Source: Octopus sinensis (lineage: Eukaryota). From it: a stretch of DNA of 64,000 nt. Shown here piece after piece: positions 54,701-64,000 of this stretch. The DNA is taken from assembly GCF_006345805.1 (NCBI RefSeq), contig NW_021835464.1:6290-70289 (forward strand), given 5' to 3'. The notes under the pieces were generated by a model. It did no database searches. It was not told the DNA's origin and saw only the letters and a list, made by a program, of their open reading frames with translations. Each line of letters starts with the position of its first letter. Positions within the stretch are counted from its first letter, which is position 1. Both the position numbers and the translations under genes were made by a program.

Positions 54701-54733
<33 letters not shown>

Positions 54734-54746
54734 CATTATCTGTAGC

Positions 54747-54798
<52 letters not shown>

Positions 54799-55278
54799 AT
54801 AGTAGTAGTAGTAGTATCATTTCTTTTACCATGACATGCGATCCCGGTACATTTATCCAGTATCCTTCATCGGGGCATGTAAACCGAGTCAGAAAAGATG
54901 TTTCTGGTCACAAGAAAAGCGAACATCTTTAGAAATAAAATGCTTGGCCGTATACTTAGCTCATTCGTGTATCTGGGTAACTTGTTCGGAATGTAGCCAA
55001 GGATACCAATTACAATTGGCAAAGATGTAATTCGTTTGTTCCGCATTCTTAAAATTTCAAATTAATGCAGCGAATAATCACCAGCGTCTTCCTACTCGTT
55101 TACCATTATTATTAACGTTGTTCTTATTGTGGTTGCTGTTGTTTTTATTATTGCCATTACCATTATTATGGACGAAGCACGGCCTGGTGTTTAGAGCATC
55201 GTAATCACGATCGCGAGATTGTGGTTTCAATTCTTGGGAACGATTTCGTCATTGTGTTCTTGAGCAAAATACTTCACG

Positions 55279-55444
55279 CATTATTTACATTATTTACATT
55301 ATTTACATTATTTACATCTGATGGATATTTGTACTCATCTTTTTTGTTGTTAACGCAACATTTCGGCTACTATACCCTCCAGCCTCCTTCAGGTGTCTTG
55401 GGGAAATTTCGAACCTGAGTTCTTATTCCTAAGGTATATTTCGA

Positions 55445-55445
<1 letters not shown>
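55279..55445 (-). mobile_element. Short repeat, family H6, with a hammerhead motif at 55353-55396 and a (TGTAAATAA)4 tail
   Basis: ACAC-CTGAAGG-A-GGCT..AGCC-GAAAT-GTT-GCGT (degenerate). Its 5' end abuts (TAA)n. Confidence 0.65.
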
Positions 55446-55491
<46 letters not shown>

Positions 55492-55505
55492 ATTATTATT
55501 ATTAT

Positions 55506-55549
<44 letters not shown>

Positions 55550-55563
55550 TTACTATTATTATT

Positions 55564-55606
<43 letters not shown>

Positions 55607-55608
<2 letters not shown>

Positions 55609-56312
55609 CGTTTGACTTTTGCTTTACATTTGCACAAGCTGGCTCCAAGTCTCCCCCAGAGACCTCAAGAGACAACAAGTTGGAAGTTCTTGTTGGTGTT
55701 ATGCCTAGGGAATTATATATTTGGTTTTGTACTTAGTGTTGTAATAGTGACTGCCTAAAAAACCAGACGAAAATTATGTTTGTTTTAAAACTTGAGATTA
55801 CAAAGAAAGTATTTTACGTAGGATATGAGCAGTTCCCATGAGCACTATCTTTTGAATTTCTGCCATTTTGGGGTTTCCTGGTATCTGAGTTAGGTAGCAA
55901 TCAGCCCCTTTTGCTATCATTTTCAGGGCATCTATGGCAACAGGTATTATTTTAGTCTTCAGGTTCCACATTTTGCTGATTTCTATTTCAAGATCTTTAT
56001 ATTTGCTCAGTTTCCTGTAGGTCTTGGCAGATACGTTTATATCGATTGGGACAGTCATATCAATGAGGAGGCATGTTTTTTGTCTGAAGTCTTTCAATAT
56101 GTTTGACCTATTCGCGTCTATCTTTCTGTCAGTTTCAATGGGGAAGTTCCAGAGGAGTGAGATGTGGTCATTTTCAAGCACTGGAGGTGGTTTGTGTTCC
56201 CACCAGTTTTTATCATGGGGCAAATCCAGTGTTTTTGCAGATTACCCAGTGAATATATTGTGCAGCTCTATCATGCCTGTTGAGATACTCTGTAGGCGCT
56301 AGGAGACTGCAC

Positions 56313-56313
<1 letters not shown>
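55607..56313 (-). mobile_element. Second 5'-truncated Dong/R4-clade LINE inside (TAA)n
   Basis: CSLLAPTEYLNRHD..IHWVIC..WWEHKP..LLWNF..LIDMTVP..KLSKYKDLEIEI..TAHILRKILSL. The 3' UTR differs from the first copy. Confidence 0.9.
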
Positions 56314-56362
<49 letters not shown>

Positions 56363-56548
56363 GTTATTATTATTATTGAGTGAGAGAGCAGTTCATGCCA
56401 TCAAAGTGACACTGGGGTAAAATATACGAAGCCCAATATACCCATCATGACTACCCGTCTGATAAAGGTACACCAGGCACATGCATCACAACCATATGTG
56501 CGCGACATGGTGATCTCATATCAAGATAAACAGCACATGACCTTGCAG

Positions 56549-56579
<31 letters not shown>

Positions 56580-57119
56580 CATTATTATTATTATTATTAT
56601 TGTTATTATTATTATTATTATTGTTCAGGTCACTGCTTGGAATCGAACTCGGAATCTTGTAGCACGAGATAAGTAATTTCGCTGAAAGGAGTAAGTCGAT
56701 TAGATTAATCAGCAATGTCCAACTGTTACTTATTTTATCGACCCAGGGCAAAGATGACTTCTGTTGAATTTGATCGCACAACATAAACATGGATGCCGAT
56801 AAGTATCCCGCCCAGCCCAGCATACTAAATATTCTGCCAGCTCATTACATCTGCATTACCAAATATTAAACTTCCGTTTAACGGTTCTCATTTAGAGGAC
56901 ATTTAGTGACTACATCTAGGGGATTATATGCCTATGTGAATATCATGGTATTGGCTCGTTAGATTTATAAACAGTTGCTATATTATTCTCATAGCCAGCC
57001 GCAATACGATTCCTAATAGCAAAATAGCATTCATTCTTTAAATGTATTTCTTAAAAAATCCTGCTAAAAATTATTTAGAAAATGAATGCATTTTAAAATT
57101 ATAAAACCGTATTTTCATT

Positions 57120-58110
<991 letters not shown>

Positions 58111-58498
58111 GGAAGAACAATGCAGTGATTGTATAACACATTTGATTTTTCAATGCACAGTAATTAAAGCTAGGGCAAGACTACACAATCAACTGTAGAA
58201 ATCTTAATAATTAATACAAGCCGGGTTAATACTGAAGAGGTTTCACCTATTACTATGCTTTAATATTGTACGAACAGCTGGAAATAATTTAGTGCTTTTC
58301 ACAGTATTCTCCAAAATAATGTGTAGCTTTACGAGGTCTGAACAAAACGTATCGAGTCTGTTGCTATGGTAACAGAGCTATAGTAAGCAGAGTGAGGCTG
58401 ATTCTCAAAGATTGACCTTGAACTCTCTCCCGCATGCACGCTAAGATATAACATTGTTGCTCATTTATGTTCCTTGTAGCAGTGCTTGGAGTAAAGTA

Positions 58499-59066
58499 TT
58501 GGCTTGTCCGGAAATTTCGTGCCGATTTATAGTAGCTTACCTTTCGATTTATTTTAGAACATATTTGAGTCCATAAAATAGGATTTGACTACACCTCCAT
58601 TTAGAGCCCAGTTTAAGCTATCGTTTCTTGGAAGATGGTTTATGTTCCTATAACCTGTGTTAATTTTGTAACCCTTTAAAATGGAAGATAAGAAAGTTTA
58701 TTTTCGGTACTAGATTCTTTGGGAACCAGGCAAAAATTGCTGCATCCCAGCTGGGATGTGTTGCCCCCACCGTCCATATTCACCAAATATTGCTCCTTTG
58801 GATTTCCACTTATTCAGTTCTCTGCAGAATAGTCTTAATGGTAAAAATTTCAATTCTCTGGATGACGTAAAAATATATCTTGATGAATTCTTTGCCATGA
58901 AACCACCTCAATTCTGGGAAGAGTGTATTTTCAAGTTAAAGGCAAGATGGAGACGCATTGTGCAACAAAATGGTTCATATTTTGGTTGATTAAAAATGTA
59001 ATGGCAAGTATTTATTGACCTTTTTCTTTCCTTTAAAAATCGGCACGAACTTTCCGGACAACCCAA
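58499..59066 (+). mobile_element. Internally deleted mariner transposon with both TIRs
   Basis: The TIRs are ttggcttgtccggaaatttcgtgccgattt and aaatcggcacgaactttccggacaacccaa. The start MEDKKVYFRY is followed by PYSPNIAPLDFHLFSSLQNSL..KLKARWRRIVQQNGSYF (YSPDLAPxD motif). TA lies on the left. Confidence 0.9.
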
Positions 59067-59301
59067 CATATGGGATGTGGTCGTTTCAGAAAAGAAGGTT
59101 TGGTTTTAGCTGCGCAGAATCTCCTTCTTTGTGTCAACGAAGACGACTATTTTGAAAACGGCCATAACAGTAGTAGAAGTAGTAGTAGCAGCAGTAGCAC
59201 CTCTAGCAGAAGCTGCATTAACTGCGGTGGTTGTAGAGGTTGTGGCTGTGGTTGTGGTGTTCGTGGTGCTGGTGGTGGTGGAAATTCCTTTGGTCCCTTA
59301 C

Positions 59302-59366
59302 CTTTTTTTTAATAAAAACCTTCCGGCTCTTACTACTCCTTGGCCGCAGTGAAATTGCCGAAACAC
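59302..59366 (-). other. Candidate 65-bp internal exon of an unidentified minus-strand gene
   Basis: The acceptor is tcttttctcttatattttttcag| and the donor is AAG|gtaagg. Two frames are open: (G)VSAISLRPRSSKSRKVFIKKK or VFRQFHCGQGVVRAGRFLLKK. Confidence 0.45.
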
Positions 59367-59744
59367 CTGAAAAAATATAAGAGAAAAGACCTTTTGTTCT
59401 GTCTTGGTTTTGCTTGAGTGTTGTTGTTGTTGTAGTTAATTTATTAATTTACGACTTGGTACTATTTGTAAGTTTGTTTTGGCGGCGAACTGACGGAATC
59501 GACAGTACGCTGGCCTAAATACTTAGCTTCATTTCGTCTCGCGATACCGTCCCTGTTCAATTTCGGCCAAGGTCCACTTTGCATTTTCATCCTCGATAGA
59601 ATAATTATCAGTTGAGGAATGGGGTGGATTTAATCGACCCCAGCGCCAACAGAACTTTTCGCCTTGTGCTAAAATTAAAACTTTTTTTTATCTTCATCTT
59701 TTGGTCATATAAGTTCTTTTCTAAATATGATAAATAATTATTTC

Positions 59745-60350
59745 TACTATAGGCATAAGGCCTGAAATTTTGCGTTAGGGGACGCGTCGATTACATCGAC
59801 CCCAGTGTTTCACTGTTCCTTATTTTATAGACAGCGAAAGGATGAATGGCAAAGTCGACCTCGGCGAAATTTGAACTCAGAACGTAGCGACGGATGAAAT
59901 ACCGCTATGTCTTTCGTCCAGCGGGCTAAGGATTTTTATTTCTTTATTTCCCACTGGGGTTTAAACATAGAGAGGAACAAAGAAGGACAGACAAAAGGAA
60001 TAAGTCGATTATATCGATCCAGTGCGCAACTGGTACTTCATTTATCGACCCCGAAAGGATGAAAGGCAAAGTCAACCTCGGCGGAATTTGAAATCAGAGC
60101 ATAGTGGCAGACGAAATACCTATTTCTTTACTACTCAACAGGAGCTAAACACAGAGAGGACAAACAAGCACAGAGAAAAGGATTAAGTCGCCTATATCGA
60201 CCCCAGTGCGAGAATGTTACTTATTTAATCGACCCCGAAAGGATGAAAAGCAAAGTCCACCTCACCGAAATTTGAACTCAGAACGTAGCGACGGGCAAAA
60301 TACCGCTATGCATTACGTCCAGCGGGTTAACGAATTTGCCAGCCTGCCGT
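59745..60350 (-). mobile_element. Three tandem SINE family B copies
   Basis: The core gaaaggcaaagtc(g/a)acctc-like recurs at ~59845, ~60062 and ~60245. Confidence 0.85.
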
Positions 60351-60369
60351 CTTTGAACACTGTAAATAA

Positions 60370-60500
60370 TGATGATGAGGATGAAGGGGAGGAGGAAGAG
60401 ATAGAAAAAAAACACAGGTGGACAAGATGAAAATGTTGCAGAACCAGATGAAGGAGGAGAATATTAAGACGATGATGACGTGGATGATGATGATGATGAC

Positions 60501-60550
<50 letters not shown>

Positions 60551-60568
60551 AGATGCTGATGATGATGG

Positions 60569-60612
<44 letters not shown>

Positions 60613-60617
60613 GTAAA

Positions 60618-60648
<31 letters not shown>

Positions 60649-60775
60649 GTGACGATGATGATGGTGACGATGATGATGATGATTATGGTGGTGGTGGTGG
60701 TGGTGGCGAATATGATGGTGGTGGTGGTGGTGGTGGCGAATATGATGGTGGTGGTGGTGGTGATGGTGGTGGTGG

Positions 60776-60823
<48 letters not shown>

Positions 60824-60900
60824 CGACGATGATGGTGGTGGTGATGATGATGATGATGATGGTGATGACAGAAGAGGTGTTAGTGATGGTGATAAAGGAC
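60370..60900. repeat. (GAT)n/(GGT)n array
   Basis: Read directly from the sequence. It includes a duplicated 27-bp unit. Confidence 0.95.
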
Positions 60901-61251
60901 GAGGAGAATTAGCAGCAGCAGAACAATAAAAACAGATGAAACCCGCGAGAAGAAAGAAAAAAAAAGAGAAAAGAAAAAGAGGCTAGACGGAACAGGCGTT
61001 GGTCACGGTAATGATGATCGCGATCATGATGATGATGACGATGATTATTATTACTATGATGATTGCGATGATGATGATCTATAATTTTCTGAACATGATT
61101 AATAGGTCTTCGTTACATAAAATATATTAATTAGAATTAATTAACTGGTAAAGGTGACAACAGTATTAGTCAATGACTAATATTATTTTAATCTTCTCTT
61201 AGTTATTATTCTTATTATTAATGTTGTAATGATTATCATCATCCTCATCCG

Positions 61252-61307
<56 letters not shown>

Positions 61308-61588
61308 GCATTCACTTGGCAAGTCCAGAAGACAGCTCCGAACAACTTCAGAATGTAATCAGACATTATCAACGAATGAATGCTTGCAATGTTCTTGTTA
61401 GATGATAACTACATACAACTAACAGTCAAAAGTGTAAAACAATGATGAAAATTTCTTGTTCGTTGGGAAGGTCATTATGTTAAAAATATTATGCACACAT
61501 ACACTGGTTCCGTTTCACTTCTTTATTATTTGTCAAGCGGTTAAATATTTAACCCATAAAATTTGAGAATCGAAAAGATACACTTTAC

Positions 61589-61804
61589 TCTCTTTTACTC
61601 TTTTACTCGATTGTGGCCATGCTGGAGCACCGCCTTTTAGTCGAGCAAATCGATCCCAGGACTTATTCTCTGTAAGCCTAGTACTTCTTCTATCGGTCTC
61701 CTTTTGCTGAAGCGCTAAGTTACGGGGACGTAAACACACCAGCATCGGTAGTCAAGCGATGTTGGGGGACAAACACAGGCACACAAACATATACACACAT
61801 ACAA

Positions 61805-61845
<41 letters not shown>

Positions 61846-61968
61846 TACGACGGGCTTCTTTCAGGTTCCGTCTACCAAATACACCCGCAAGGCCTTGGTC
61901 GGCCCGAGGCTATAGTAGAAGACACATGTCCACGGTGCCACGCGGTGGGACTGAACCCGGAACCATGT
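61589..61968 (-). mobile_element. SINE family A, 5'-truncated
   Basis: Consensus match that stops at ggaaccatgtg. Confidence 0.85.
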
Positions 61969-62426
61969 GTCAATCTTTCATATCTGTTGAAGTGCTTTCG
62001 ACGTCATTTGCGGTTTTCTCATAGATATGCCGCTGGGTACGGACAGCTTATTGTTTATGTACAAATTCATTTCATTGACAAGAGAGCACCGCTTAAGAAA
62101 TACTCATTAACACCTACCCCGGAAGAAATGATGTAGCTTTAAGCAAAATTAAAAATAATAAAAGAAGAATCAGGTCTCAGAAGTGTTGGTGGTGGCGGCA
62201 GATAATGGCTCTCTGTTTAGCGATTGTTGAAACAAAACTCGTCGTTACATGGCGACTGAGGATAGACAGGAAGGAAAGCCTTGGCATAAAATGAAAATAT
62301 CTGGCATTTGAAAGACTAGGATTTGACATATTAAAATAAAATCGTTCACACACACACACACACACCTATATATATATATTTATATATATATAATTTATAT
62401 ACATATAATAATATATTATATATATG

Positions 62427-62516
<90 letters not shown>

Positions 62517-62715
62517 ATTATATATAGGGAGTTTTGCGAAGAAGACAAAAGACAGAGACAGGTGGTGTATATATACATGTATACATATATATATATACAT
62601 AGAATAAATGTATATAAATATACATATGTATATTTATTCTATATGTATATGTGCATACATATATACACACGTTCGTATGCACACATGTATGCACATGCAC
62701 TCATATATGTATATG

Positions 62716-62754
<39 letters not shown>

Positions 62755-63300
62755 ATACATAAATATAGGCTATGATTGTAAAGACTATTAAGAGACGTGA
62801 TAATTGCTAATGATAACCCTTAGATGATGTTCATGATGATGATAAAGATGTCGACGACGACAACGACAACGACGACGATGACAATGATGATGATGATGAT
62901 GATGATGACGATCATGATGACGACGACGACAAAGGCGGTGACATGGACGTTTGCGATAATTTTCGATAATGGTGATGAATACGATGGCAACAACGATGAT
63001 TATGGTGACAACGGTGGCAATGTTATTTGTCACAGATGACGTTGTGGTTATTAAAGTGATGCAGGCATATCCATTTACTCAATATATTATGTTGTATGTT
63101 TTGACAGATTTCTCTGCATCTATGGAAGAAAAAAATGTCAATATTCATTAAAATAAAAAAAAATTAGTTTTGGTAAACGCAAACACGCGACGATGTTTTA
63201 CTTGCACAAGAATGTATTAGTTCAAGTACATACATACTTATTTGTATACACTAACATACGTAAATATACGTATGTAAGCAAATTTATACATATATACATA

Positions 63301-63334
<34 letters not shown>

Positions 63335-63441
63335 CACACATATATATATATATATATACATATATATACATATATATAGACATACATATAATGCATACAT
63401 ATATATACATATACATATATATATGTGTATATAAATACACC

Positions 63442-63474
<33 letters not shown>

Positions 63475-63615
63475 ATATACATGTATGTATCTAGTGTATA
63501 ACATATATTATGATTAATAGTGTGGTGTGTGTGTGTAGATCTACTTATCTATCTCACTTCTCTCTCTTTCTCTCCACAACCCACGCACATATAATGTATA
63601 TGTATAATATATAAT

Positions 63616-63658
<43 letters not shown>

Positions 63659-64000
63659 AATATCTACTATAGATATTTATTATATATAAATGTGTAATTC
63701 TTTATATTATCCTATATATATATATGTAAAAAAAGATATCATAAATATAGTATATCTATATATCTATATATATATATATATATCACCGCGAAGCAGAGTG
63801 ATGAAGAATAAGCAAATTTATTTGTTGGTTAAAAATATGTTTGTGAATGTTTTAACTACTAAAGTGAATTCACTAAGCTCCGGTGAGAATTGTAGTTCTC
63901 TATGGTTTATGCAAGGTAAAATGTGTAATAACATCAAGTCTCAAATATGTGGCAAATGTATTTTAACTAAGCACAAAGTTCGTTTCTTCTAATCAAGGCT

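Noticed and set aside
60418-60929. Poly-Asp/Gly and poly-Met ORFs
   Set aside because: Translations of (GAT)n/(GGT)n microsatellite with no splice or promoter support.

Overview
AT-rich, microsatellite-saturated eukaryotic DNA, most likely intronic or intergenic sequence from an octopus-type cephalopod. The taxon is inferred from the SINE families and Dong/R4 LINEs and was not checked against a database. No intact protein-coding gene is supported, and nearly all supplied ORFs are translations of (TA)n, (GT)n, (GAT)n or (ATT)n repeats. The window holds about 30 tRNA-derived SINE copies from at least three families, decayed LINEs (two Dong/R4, CR1, L2-like), a rearranged Ty3/gypsy pol relic, an internally deleted mariner, two non-autonomous Helitrons, MITEs and one candidate 65-bp exon on the minus strand. 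The most striking signal is a set of about 13 minimal type-I hammerhead ribozyme motifs from about 7 unrelated short repeat families. Most sit beside (TA)n tracts, as expected for Penelope-like or retrozyme-like elements, and three of these elements are folded into near-perfect palindromes. Several further long inverted repeats are present, including a ~1.9-kb one whose arm identity rises toward the centre. All alignments and folds were done by eye.
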